Shown here in pieces: positions 25,419 through 37,324 of a stretch of DNA of 64,000 bases. The position numbers and the translations under genes are program-made. This DNA is from Podarcis tiliguerta (Eukaryota), in assembly GCA_965153285.1 (NCBI GenBank), contig OZ229129.1; one strand, written 5' to 3'. Within the stretch, counting starts at the first letter, position 1, and each line of letters begins with the position of its first letter. Under the pieces are notes generated by a model. The model was not told where the DNA came from. It did not search any database and saw only the letters and a program-made list of their open reading frames with translations.

Positions 25419-25889
25419 AATATGGTTGAAGTGATATTGATCACATTGTAGTGTCTCCATTATTTACTTTTGTGAACACTTTTGAAGTGTCAGAACGAAT
25501 AGAAAGCAACCGCTTTCCAATATCAGTGACCCTAGGTCCTCTAATAGAATGCATACCTAAAACCAAATCAGCAAGAGTCAACGAAGAAAGAAATGGTGTG
25601 GAAAATGGTCTCACAGATTGAGCAGCAATATTCATGAGACACTATATAGTAATAATCTGAGGAGCTTGTGTAAACCTTTTTTGAACAAACCTCCAAATCT
25701 TGTTGCTGTCTTCTTTCACAGAACTCAAGTTCTATTTGATAACTTCTATAATAATAACTACACACAATCAACACACCTTGGCTGGTTTGATGGTCAATGC
25801 AAAGTGGTTAAGAACGTTCTGACTAAGACTAATTAGGGATTCTCAGAAAAATCCATCAGAGGAATCCATGGAAAGTTTCACCAAATGTA

Positions 25890-26143
25890 CCGTATTTTTT
25901 GCTCTATACAACTCACTTTTTCCCTCCTAAAAAGTAAGGGGAAATGTGTGTGCGTCTTATGGGTGCAGGCTGCACAGCTATCCCAGAAGCCAGAACAGCA
26001 AGAGGGATTGCTGCTTTCACTGTGCAGTGATCCCTCTTGCTGTTCTGGCTTCTGAGATTCAGAATATTTGTTTTCTTGTTTTCCTCCTCCAAAAACTAGG
26101 TGCGTCTTGTGGTCTGCTGCGTCTTATAGAGCGAAAAATATGG
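25890..26143. mobile_element. Tc2-like family B element (short)
   Basis: TA|CCGTATTTTTTGCTCTATA ... GTCTTATAGAGCGAAAAATATGG|TA. Confidence 0.88.
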
Positions 26144-29030
26144 TAGGTTGGAATATAAGAATCTGTCCAGAAACAAAAAATATACGGAATATACAAGCCG
26201 TATATATGAAAATCAAGTGGCAGGAATTGGGACTAGCAGTAACGGAACAGAGAGAAGACAAATTCTGGGAACTGGTGGCCCAGGGCTTGAATGAAGCGAT
26301 ATCATCACAGCAAGCCTCAATTCCTGCCTCTGAGTGGGTTAAATATTTCTCCAATATATTTGGTGGTCAATTTGGACAATCACATGTACCAGCAGCATGT
26401 AAGGATTTCGCATGTGTAGCAGCGCCAGTGACGGAGTGCAACCAGGGAAGAGTCAACAAGGCCCAGGTTGAGAGATTTGGAGAGTCACATCCAGAACTAG
26501 TTTTGCCCTTATGCAGTCACATTAAACACAGATCTCAGTATGATTTTAATTATGCCAAAGGTTTCAGTAATTAGACATTCTGGAGATAATTATCCAATAA
26601 TAGAGATTTCAGCCAGTGCCTTCTTGTTTTACCCTTTAAATGCCTGGTTAAAACTTTTCTGTGCAACTAATGCAGGCAATTAAATGAAACATATTTCTGT
26701 GATAATTAGTTGATGATCTCTGGTTTTATTTTATTTTTAATTGTTTGTTTTTATTGTACATAGATATTGTTGTAAACCACTTTGATATTTTTTATGCTAT
26801 GGAGGGATATAAATATTTTTATGAATAGAAATGATTCACTTGGCCATCAGGCTCACTGGGTCAGCCTAACTAGGTTGTTGAGAGGATAAAATGGGGAGGA
26901 AGCGAACCATGTACACCTTGTGCTCCTTGGAGGAAAGGGGAGATATAAGTGCAACGAACAAGCAAGCAAAGAGACAATTGCATAACCCTGTGATCCCCAA
27001 GAAGCAAACCACACACCACACACAACATTCAGGCAGAAACAATCTTCACTGATGTGAAAATTCTCTCCACCGTAACCCACGCCAAGCTTGCAGGTCATAT
27101 TAACCCTTGGAAGAGGTGTGGGAAACATTTGACCCCTCCCTACGTTGCTGAACTGCAGTTCCCACCAGCCCCAGCCATTAGCAATGCTTGCTCAGCCTGA
27201 TGGGAGTTGTAGTTCAACAGCCTAAAGGGCCAAAGTTTCCTCACTCCTACCTTATAATAACTTCTCTCCCACTCTCAAAAGTTTAGTAAATAAAATTTAA
27301 TGGCCTACCAGGAGAGGGAGGGAGGCTTTCTCAACAAGGGCCACATTCCCTTGTGGTCAAGCCCCCTGGGGCCGCATGCCAATGGTTGGCATGGTCAGGG
27401 GCAAAAGTAAGTAGAGCAACAGATGCAAGTCTTGCCATTATATAGTAGGCCACATACCAGCCATGGGAAATTCAGATGTTTCTACATGCACCTCTCCATC
27501 CAGGTGAAACAAGAAGCATTATTACATATTACAGATCAAGTATACAGTGCTGCCAGGTAAAATTACTCATGGAGGGTGAGGAGAAAGGCTGGTGGGGCTG
27601 GCCTGGCTTTGGGGGCGAGGAATGTCAAGGACCAGATGGAGAGGTCTGAAGGGACACATTTGGCGCCTGGTTCTGAGGGTCCCTACTTCTGAACCAGAGC
27701 AATTAACAGATCAATAAACTCAGTGGCTCACTAAGAATACATAGTCAACCGCTTGATGCTAACATTCAATAGAGGAAGACAGCAATCCCGTCTAAGATTT
27801 CTCTGCTGCATCCACCTACAAGTTTCTCTTCACAGAACATCTTTGGTTTCTCTTTGTTTTATGAGGTAGTGGTGCCATTTCTGGAAGGGGAAGGGGCTAA
27901 GAGTAGGGATGAGGATGAGTTTTAAAAAATCCATTCCACACCAATATTTAGAAAGTCAATGCAAGGTTTAATTTGTTTTCAGTTTATTGTTATTTTAACT
28001 TTCTGATCATCTCAAATTATTGTTGATAAAACAATTAACTTATCAGAAATAAAATTATATTTTTTTGTAAACAGCTTTGAGGTTTATTTTTAAATCAAGC
28101 AATGTATAAATTTTATGAAATAAAATAAATAAAAAATAAGCCTGGTGCTCTACATCTCACAAATAGGAACAGAACAGCTGGCTTTTGCACGTCCTCAGAT
28201 TTTGCAATGCATTTTCAGTGTGCAAACCATGTATCATATGGTGCATATTCTAGCCTTTCCCAACATGGTGACTCCAGATATTTCTGGTCTACAGGTCTCA
28301 AAATACCTGACCAATGGTCATGCTGGTTGAGACTGGTGGAAGTTGTAGTCCAAAACATCTAACCAAGGGTTTGATAGGTTTAGCTGGCCAGGCAAAGCTG
28401 TTCCTGGGTATAGCTGCTGTCACATGCCAACAGCTTCTAGGAGCCACAGATGAGAGCTGAGTGCAAGCTGGGGACCAAAGGTGGACAAACTACCCCAGGA
28501 AGAGCATGACATTTCCCCCAGCAGAGGTACTACCCCTCCCCTAACACCCCCCCCCCATTATAATAGCCTTGTAACAATTGCAGTTTTCAAATGAGATGTC
28601 TTCAGACCTGGCATACAATATATAGCTTTGTGACCCACAAAAATATTCATACTTTCCTCAAAGAACATTAGCTGAGCTATGTGGTAATGGCCAGGGTAAT
28701 CTCATTAGTGTCCTTGTATCTTTAGACCACCTATAAAACCATTTCAATCTGCCAAAGAGAGCATTCACCCTCTGAGATCACCAAACCCTCACAATGTGCT
28801 TTTTACATGCTGTGAAAAGAAAAGAGATCCCGTGGGCAACATAGTGAGCAACTCAGTATTTGTAGACAACATGAGGCAAAGGATCTGGCACATTGTCTGA
28901 TACGCTGCTCACTTTAGAAAGTGAGATATATTCACCCTAAATATCCTGATTGAAATACCAGTTTTGAAGAAGCCCGGAAATTTAGAAAGAGAAATTAATC
29001 TAAGATATCCTGATGAAATGCATATATGTA

Positions 29031-29707
29031 CCGTATTTTTCGCTCTATAAGACGCACCCGACCATAGAACGCACCTTGTTTTAGAGGGGGAGAACAAGGG
29101 GGGAAAATTCTCTCCCTCTCTGCGCAGCGCCCCTTCAGCGAAGCGGCAGGAGAAATGGAGCCCCTTCCATTTCTCCTCCCACTTCACTGAAGGGGCACTG
29201 CGCAGAGAGGGAAAGCTGAGCAGCACCTCTCCAGCAAAGCAAAGACAGGAGAGCAAGAGGGATCAGTGTGCACCGACCCCCCTTGCTTGCCAGGCTTCAG
29301 GGATAGCCGCCTGAAGCCTCCAGAGCGCAGCGGAAGTTCCCACTGTGCTCAGGAGGCCTCAGGTTCCTTTCGCTGAAACCAGGAGAGTCTTGGCTTCAGG
29401 GAAAGCAACACAAAGCCTCCGGAGTGCAGCGGGCACTCCCACTGCGCTCCGGAGGCTTCAGGCGGCTATCCCTGAAGCTTAGAGAGCGAGAGGGGTTGGT
29501 GCGCACTGACCCCTCTCGCTCTCCAGGCTTCAGCGAAAGCAACGCGAATCCTCCGGAGCGTGGCGGGAGTGCTCCCACTGCGCTTCGGAGGCTTCGCGTT
29601 GCTATCGCTGAAGCCAAGGAGCCTGCATTTGCTCCATAGGACGCACACACATTTCCCCTTAATTTTTGGAGGGGGGAAAAGTGTGTCTTATAGAGTGAAA
29701 AATATGG
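29031..29707. mobile_element. Tc2-like family B element
   Basis: TA|CCGTATTTTTCGCTCTATAAGACGCAC ... GTCTTATAGAGTGAAAAATATGG; interior made of GCTGAAGCC/GGAGGCTTC units. Confidence 0.88.
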
Positions 29708-30188
29708 TCTTTGATGTATACTTCTATGTCTGCCAAGAAATAGCACATTTCTAATGTGCTAATAATATAATGGCCTAATAATATAAAGAGAATTTAAAGA
29801 GGCCCAGATATGTGCAATTTCCTTTAGTTATAGATGTGTACATAGCACATATCCACACTTCCTCTTGTTCAGCTGCTTTCCCCCGGGGGAAACCACTCTT
29901 TGGTGCTCAATTGGAGAAAATGGCAATTTGGGTTTTCCCTGGATTGCCAGTTGCTCTGATCTGTTTGTTAAAGAGCAGGTTTTCCCTTGGAAAGGAGTGG
30001 GGCAAGGGGGAAACCACTCGGACCCATGCTAAGAATGTGCGGGTCAAGTGGAAACCCTGCCAGACCCGTGCTTCCTAGGCATGGCACATGCAAAAGTATA
30101 GATGAACCCATACAAAACAGTTCAATTTGCTAAAGTTACTGGAAGTCTTAAATGAAAAGGGATATATAGCTCTTCTTCTTTTGGATAT

Positions 30189-30939
30189 TGTCAGGGCTGG
30201 CTCCTGGTCCCAGCTCACAGAGGACCAACGCTGGCTGGTATTTATGTACGAAAGTCTTTATTGAAGTACAGTTTCCATTTCCACGCCGCAGCGCTCCAGC
30301 TCTACGTCTAGACTTTAGACCGGCGAAGCTCCATCTGAGTCCCCGCCCCCTGTACACCAATTTAAGACTCTGGCTTTACTCCACCTCTTCTTTCTCCTCT
30401 GGGTCCTGCTGCCCTCCGGGGCCTCTGTCTCCCTGGATTCCTCTGAGGCTGACGATGACCCCCCTGACTCCTCCCTCTCTCTTCGGCGGGCTTTAGGACC
30501 TGGCTCTCTTCCCGGGCTGCCCACTGTGCTTCCCTCCTGTACATTTGAACTTGGCGCGCGCGCGCGTTTAACTTTCCTGATGACCGTTTCCTCACTCCCC
30601 GACGGAGGTGTGGTCAATCCTGCCTCACGTTCTCCCGCTGGCAGCGCTCCACCTGATCCCGATGCCTGGGACTCCTCCCCCCTACTGCACTCTGGGGGGG
30701 ACGTGGGCCCTGATTTCCAACTGCTACTCTCTGAGTCCCCTCTGCCCCCTTCTTCTCGAGGTGTCCCCCTGGGCACTCCCCTTGCCCTGACCATGGGGGC
30801 CCCTTTCTGTGAATCCTCCGAGTCACTGGAGAGACTCAGAGACCTCGGACTACTGTCGTCGCTGACATTTCCTTCAGACTCCTCCCCCTCGCTCTCCGTT
30901 TCCTCCCTCTCCTGTGACTCTTCTCCTGAACCCCTGACA
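30189..30939 (-). mobile_element. Solo LTR (Gypsy-like), 751 bp, with 5-bp TSD
   Basis: GATAT|TGTCAGGG ... CCCTGACA|GATAT; perfect 8-bp terminal inverted repeat and perfect TSD; minus-strand AATAAA at 30257-30262; CpG-rich, hence probably young. Confidence 0.9.
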
Positions 30940-31902
30940 GATATGATTATGTATAATTTTGGTCCTTTTAAAATCACTTTAGTCTTTATAGAAATCTTTG
31001 CCACTTGAGGAAATGGGGACGACCTTCCATCAATGCAATAAACTATCTGACTGATTGCCTATGGAACATTTCAGTAGCTCCCAGTGAGCGAGCAAGTCAA
31101 CTGTATGGGTTACTGTTTCCATTTGTAAACAAAGTCAGTTTGCTAAACTAGCCCTCCCAGGGGATTTTAGTCTACAAAGACCTCTATTAATGGTTTCTGG
31201 CCCAATTTGCCTATGATGTCATTGTTTCCCAAGGTCTTGAAAGGAGCGCTCTTATTTTATTTTGCAAAGATGCTTCAAGCTCTGTGTCAGAACCAATACA
31301 AAGTGCCATTCTTCCTTTGAAACCAAGACAAGATAATCTAAAATGCTTAACATTTAGGCTTCAATCCTGTACCCACTTACCTAGCAGTTAGTTTCGTAGA
31401 ATTCAGAGGGGCTTACTTCTGAACAGACATGTGAAATATTGTATTAGAAACTTCTTACAAATTTTGCAGAGGTGAAGGGAGAAAAGGACCAAGAAAGTTG
31501 GGGGCAAATAAGCTGTGATCACGTAAGAGAGCTTCCATGGTAAGAGACAGCATACTATGAATACTGGTGAAAGGGAAAGTTGTTCTCCATGTATATCTTG
31601 AAGGGTTTCTGTTGGAATAAGAATGCTGGATCAGTCGGACTTTGGTAGGAATTGCTCCAGTGTAGGAAGGAGTGGAAGAATCTCCCACAGAATATACCAC
31701 TCTATGCCATTCAATACTTCAAGCTTCACTCACATTTACTGCATTATCCCTGCTTTCCTAAGAAAAGTCTTTGCACCCATTCACTCCCCCCCGACTTCTT
31801 TCTCCTTGAGAAATGACCCTGAACAATTCCTCTGACCTAGCAAGAGCCTTCTTATGTTATCAGTTTGGCTCCTGTCTCTCTGTGTTAAGTCTTAAGAACG
31901 TA

Positions 31903-32272
31903 CCGTATTTTTCACTCTATAGGACGCACTTTTCCCTTCCTAAAAAGTAAGGGGAAATGTGTGTGTGTCTTATGGAACGAATGCAGGCTGCGCTGCTTTC
32001 GCTGAAGCTAGGACAGCAAGAGGGATCAGTGCGCACCGATCCCTCTTGCTCTCCTGGCTTCGCTTTGCTGGAGAGGCACTGCACAGCTTTCCCTCTCTGC
32101 GCAGCGCCCCTTCAGCAAAGCGGGAGGAGAAACGGAGCCCCTTCCATTTCTCCTCCCGCTTTGCTGGAGAGGCGCTGAGCAGAGAGGGAGAGAATATTTT
32201 TTTTCTTGTTCTCCTCCTCTAAAACTAGGTGCGTCTTATGGTTGGCTGCGTCTTATGGAACAAAAAATACGG
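31903..32272. mobile_element. Tc2-like family B element inserted in the tail of a CR1-like 3' fragment
   Basis: TA|CCGTATTTTTCACTCTATAGGACGCAC ... GTCTTATGGAACAAAAAATACGG|TA; the flanks rejoin as taagaac.taag.agaggcctgctggatcagg, as in the fragments at 52381 and 54772. Confidence 0.88.
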
Positions 32273-34596
32273 TAAGTAGAGGCCTGCTGGATCAGGACAA
32301 AGGCCCATCTAAGTCTAGCATCCTGTTCTCACAATGGTCAACCAGATGCCTGTGGGAAACCCACAAGCAGGACCCGAGCACTACAGCACTTTCCTCACCT
32401 GCAACCCCCCAGGAACCAGTATGCAGATGCAATGGAGGTGGAGCATGGCCATCACACCTATTGCTTTTTTTTACTTGTTTTGGGTTTCAAAGAATACTGT
32501 ATTTAAGGCAGAGATGCAACACATCAGCAGCTACAAGGGACCTTTCCCAAGTCTTCAAGCAGCTCTATTTATTTTATGCAATTGCTCATTTTTACAGTGG
32601 CCCCTCTCCTGTGCTTTAGAACATCAAGCTAGCAGGCAGAAATCTGTTTTCACCACCATTTTCAATCTTTCACCAAGAAGAGTTCCAGGTGCTCCATATC
32701 TGTGTCTCAGGATGCTGTTAGAGGCTGAGAAGCAGGACTTGCCAAACTAAAAAGGCAAGCCTGCTTTGTTGTGGTAAATTAAGAAAGTCAGCACAACCTC
32801 GAGTTTCCTTGATTTCAACAGTTTTGACGTCAATATTAACAATTAAAGCTGTTGGCTTGTTAAGAATCTGGGGCTATTGCCCCTTATTGCAGTAACACAT
32901 GCTAGCAGGCAAACTGTTGTGCTTCTGCCTGCATACCACATTCATGCCAAAGGAAATAAACTAGAAGAAGAAATAATTGTTAATCATCTATACAGACAGT
33001 GAATGTAGTTATCTGTGTTCCAGTCCTTAGACAGTCAAAACAGCGCCACCCACACAAAAGATTGAGATGCGAACGGGACAAAGGGTACCCAAAGACTTGC
33101 AAAAATACAAAAATACTCCCTGGGAAAGAATCCTAAACATGTGTGGGGAGAGAAAAACAGCTTAATGCAGACTGAGCATGCTCAGTGGCTATTGGTGGCA
33201 AGAGACAGACAGGAAGACAGCATGGCAGGCTGGCATCCCGCAAATCAGAGCACTTCATGCTGCAACATTTTGTTGAAGGTCCCACTTGTTAGTTACAAAG
33301 ACCCGTCAATAAACTTCCTTGACATTTGTAAGACAATCTTTTGGCTAAGAGTGGGATGAAAGTGCTTCAGACCAAATAAACCAAATAAATAAAAGTTGAC
33401 CAAGTAATGACAAAAAGAAAGGTCCGTGTCCCCAAGGAGATTACAATCTGCAATTCACAATAGGGCAGGCAATAGAGAGAGAGAGAAGATGGAGGGAGGT
33501 TAGCTCCACATACATAGGCTTGTCAATGACTTGACAAGGCTTATCACTGGTTCCCTCTTTGGGTTCATCCACACTTGCCCCATGTTTTCTTCTGCTTGCC
33601 CTCTGATTTCTAGTTATGGGTCCAAGAGGATCTTCATTTACCCTGCGGGAACCTACTGATTATCGCCAAATTGTAACAAATGCCAATTGAGTTTTCTGTG
33701 GAACACCATTTGTTCTGATTCAGCAGTAAACTAAAGTTAGACTTTATGTTTGTAAGAAAAGAGTCCTTTAATTCTTTCTGCTCTGTGATGCTTTAAATGC
33801 TACCAGCAGAAAGACAGACAACTGCACAATTACCACAATGCTCCTCTGCATGTTGGGATTTGTAGTCCTAGTTTACGAAGAACCTCATTCTGCGATGGCA
33901 GCTTATGCAACTCAGATGAATCAAAGTCTTTTGCTTTGGATATTTCTCTCTGTAAAGTTTACACAAGTGGGATGTTTTGATGTTCTTTATATTGTCAGCC
34001 TTTGGAGTTGCACATGTAACAGTTTAGGCACTTCTAGGTATTTTGTTATTTCTATATATACAGTATATATTCTTGTTCTTTCATTATTGTTAAACTACTT
34101 GTGCTTTATGAATGTGCAACTTGGTTTGAGAAATCTTTTTTGTTTAAAATGATGAAATAATAACAACAAAATGTAATATAATATGGATGATCATGTCTGA
34201 ATGAATTAAAGACTTTCAGTGTGTCAGGGAACTACACTGCCCATTGATCCCCAGTGTGTGTGCAACAAATATACATTCAAATCCAATTAAGAAGCTATAC
34301 CCGTGTACAGAGTGATTGCCTGAGCAGGAAGAAAGGCTGCATCAAGTAGCCAAACTGCTGATGTCTCATGTGCCAACTAGACTCTGTGTGTAGAGCATAA
34401 ATGTCTGCAGGGAGAAATCCTTTGTGCAAATGGCTGTAGGTGCAGAAAACGCATTCCCTGAAAACGTTCATGCCATATACAACTAACACCAGAAGGTGGT
34501 GTTAGTTGCCACCCATGACATTAGCAGTATGGGTCTTACATGTGTGTAGGATTGCTTCCAGACTGTCACTGTTTCCATGTGGGATTCAATCACATA

Positions 34597-34810
34597 CAGT
34601 GGTACCTCGGGTTACAGACGCTTCAGGTTACAGACTCCGCTAACCCATAAATAGTACCTCGGGTTAAGAACTTTGCTTCAGGATGAGAACAGAAATTGTG
34701 CTCCGGCGGCGCGAAGCCCATTAGCTAAAGTGGTGCTTCAGATTAAGAACAGTTTCAGGTTAAGAATGGACCTCCAGAAAGAATTGAGTTCTTAACCCAA
34801 TGTACCACTG
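34597..34810. mobile_element. MITE family A
   Basis: TA|CAGTGGTACCTCGGG ... GTACCACTG|TA. Confidence 0.92.
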
Positions 34811-34860
34811 TACTGACAAATCTGAGTTGAGCAATTATGGTAGCTTATGAGTTCTTGCAG

Positions 34861-35194
34861 GGACACAGATGGTGCTGTGGGTTAAACCACAGAGCCTAGG
34901 GCTTGCTGATCAGAAGGTCGGCAGTTTGAATTCCCACGACGGGGTGAGCTCCCGTTGCTCGGTCCCTGCTCCTGTCAACCTAGCTGTTCGAAAGCACGTC
35001 AAAGTGCAAGTAGATAAATAGGTGCCACTCTGGCGGGAAGGTAAACAGCGTTTCTGTGCGCTGCTCTGGTTCGCCAGAAGCGGCTTAGTCATGTTAGCTA
35101 CATGACCGGAAGCTGTACGCTGGCTCCCTCAGCCAATAAACCGCAACCCCAGAGTCGGTCACAACTGGACCTAATGGTCAGGGGTCCCTTTACC
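34861..35194 (+). mobile_element. Sauria SINE (lacertid type), full length
   Basis: ggacacagatggtgctgtgggttaaaccacagagcc...gcaagtagataaataggt...ggtccctttacc; 15-bp TSD TATGAGTTCTTGCAG at 34846-34860 and 35195-35209. Confidence 0.9.
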
Positions 35195-36226
35195 TATGAG
35201 TTCTTGCAGATCAAACCAGCTTCCCAAAAGGATCAGCCTTTTTTAAAAAAAAAGGGGGGGGGGAGAACAGTGATGGGAAAAAGTGATAGAAGATTTGGGC
35301 TAACACTTGCTTTGATGCAACATCATCTAACTTCCTGGCAAGCAAATCACATAACAGGTCAAAGTAACCTGAATAGGCTTAAAGCTGCTTACATTCCTCA
35401 GATGAAAACAGGTACTTGGTCCTCCACTGATTTAAAAGCTATTGTGTTTGCAAAAAGCTTCCTAAGTCTTTCTATACTTTTACATGAATTTCTATCAGCA
35501 GGTTATTTGGAATTAGTAAACAGTCCCATTTTGGTTTCCCTCACACATCTTTGTATGCCCATTTAAAAAAGTATTTCCCCTCTAATATGTTCACTGTTAT
35601 ATGCATTTTTATGCCCACTTTGCCCCAGTGTGTGCATTATTGAACACATTACTTAGCTGGAGAACTACGCTGAGAATTTGTGAGAAGTGTGAAAGGGTGG
35701 TTGTTTTTCTGCTTACGTGTTGTTTCAGAAACTGTGAATTGAGTAAGTTTGCCTTTAAATGCTTGAAATATACTAGGTTCTCTTTGAATTAATTTTGCAT
35801 TGCACAGAGCTTTCGAACTATCGCTTTACTTTGGACAATAAAAGTTGCTCATCTAGTTTGCTTCTGTGTGTGCAAGTGATGTGCAGTGGCTCCATTTGGG
35901 TTATGTTTATTTGTCTGAAAAGCACAGATCACCCTCAAGTGAGCCACAGGACATTTAATCTTGGACATAAATGTTCAGAGCATTACATGCACTGTGCAGT
36001 CCAGACACATAAGAGCCACCACATAACAAAACATGCAATCATCAAATAATTACAGCATCTCATGGGTCAAATTGACTCAGAATACCACAAATTCATGGTT
36101 TGTAAGTACATCAGGATATGGCAATTGTTTGGACCTTGCTGCATCTTCTTATCTTCTGGGTGGCTCCTCCAAAAAAAGTTCAGTTTTGTATGTAGTTTAT
36201 TTACCCCGGCCTGCCAGAAGAAAGTA

Positions 36227-36328
36227 CAGTGGTACCTTGGGTTAAGAACTTAATTCGTTCTGGAGGTCCGTTCTTAACCTGAAACTGTTCTTAACCTGAG
36301 GTACCACTTTAGCTAATGGGGCCTCCCA
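36227..36328. mobile_element. Truncated MITE family A (one TIR, reverse orientation)
   Basis: TA|CAGTGGTACCTTGGGTTAAGAACTTAATTCGTTC...gctaatggggcctcc, then similarity stops. Confidence 0.8.
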
Positions 36329-36457
36329 CTCCCTTTCTTATACTAACAACCATGCTTAGGCCCATTATAAGAGGCCGAGGCATCACCAAGAAGTTGGGCT
36401 GGCTTTCTGAACAACTGGATTCTACATGAGGTTTTAGCCCTTGCTGGATCAAGGACA

Positions 36458-36600
36458 CATAGAACTGTAGAGTTGGAAGGGACCCTGAGTATCATCTAGT
36501 CCAACCCCTGTAATGCAGGAACATGCAGCTGGTCCATACAGGGATCGAACCTGCAACCTTGGTGTTATCAGCACCATGGTCTAACCAACTGAGCTATCCA
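36458..36600 (-). mobile_element. SINE with tRNA-Ile-like head and CR1-type tail
   Basis: Minus strand GGATAGCTCAGTTGGTTAGACCATGGTGCTGATAACACCAAGGTTGCAGGTTCGATCCCTGTA...ggttggactagatga...ggtcccttccaactctacagttctatg. Confidence 0.75.
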
Positions 36601-36999
36601 GGCTCATCAGGCAGGTTATAAGATGATTATAAGAGGCCGAGGCATCATGCATACTCTCCCCAACTCGCAACACTATCATTCTCCTGATCCTTTAACAAAT
36701 CTATGGTTTCACTGTTTGAATTGCTGTGATATAGGTTTTTAGTCATCTGGCTTTATTGTCTCTGCTGAAATCTTTAGGCTGCAAGCTGTTCTTTAGAATA
36801 TTGTTAAGTTATGATATTGTTATTTGAACTGCACTCTGTCCATCTAGGCTTGCGAGTCAACCAGAGAACTACACTGTCGTATAAATATAGTGAATAATAA
36901 AACAAAAACGCTGCAGCAGTTTCTTCTTAATTTTCACATAATGCTCTCAGAATATAAATGTTGCATAAAACAAGTCCACTATCCAAGGCCAACCCATTA

Positions 37000-37225
37000 C
37001 AGTGGTACCTCGGGTTGCATATGCTTCAGGTTACAGACTCCACTAACCCAGAAATAGTACCTCAGGTTAAGAACTTTGCTTCAGGATGAGAATAGAAATC
37101 GTGCTCCGGCGGCGCGGCAGCAGCAGGAGGCCCCATTAGCTAAAGTGGTGCTTCAGGTTAAGAACAGTTTCAGGTTAAGTACGGACCTCTGGAACGAATT
37201 AAGTACTTAACCTGAGGTACCACTG
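37000..37225. mobile_element. MITE family A
   Basis: TA|CAGTGGTACCTCGGG ... CCTGAGGTACCACTG|TA. Confidence 0.92.
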
Positions 37226-37324
37226 TACAGTTTATTCCCTGAGGCAAAGGGCAAGATGGCAACCTCTCCTCCATTCTATATACCAAAGCCAACTGCACTG
37301 GCAGTTAAGGTGTGTGTGGGGGGG

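Larger units (their letters stand above)
24700..26370 (+). mobile_element. Degraded APE-type non-LTR retrotransposon ORF2 remnant, interrupted by three younger insertions
   Basis: Endonuclease motifs GDFNA (~24840), IDHIVVS (~25436) and ESNRFP (SDH-like, ~25500); then WFDGQC (~25780), KFWELV and EWVKYFSNIF (~26260-26360); many stops and frameshifts; clade not resolved. Confidence 0.7.

Noticed and set aside
36530-36600. Apparent tRNA-Ile(GAT) gene
   Set aside because: The acceptor stem is incomplete and the sequence runs straight into a CR1-type tail, so it is a SINE head.
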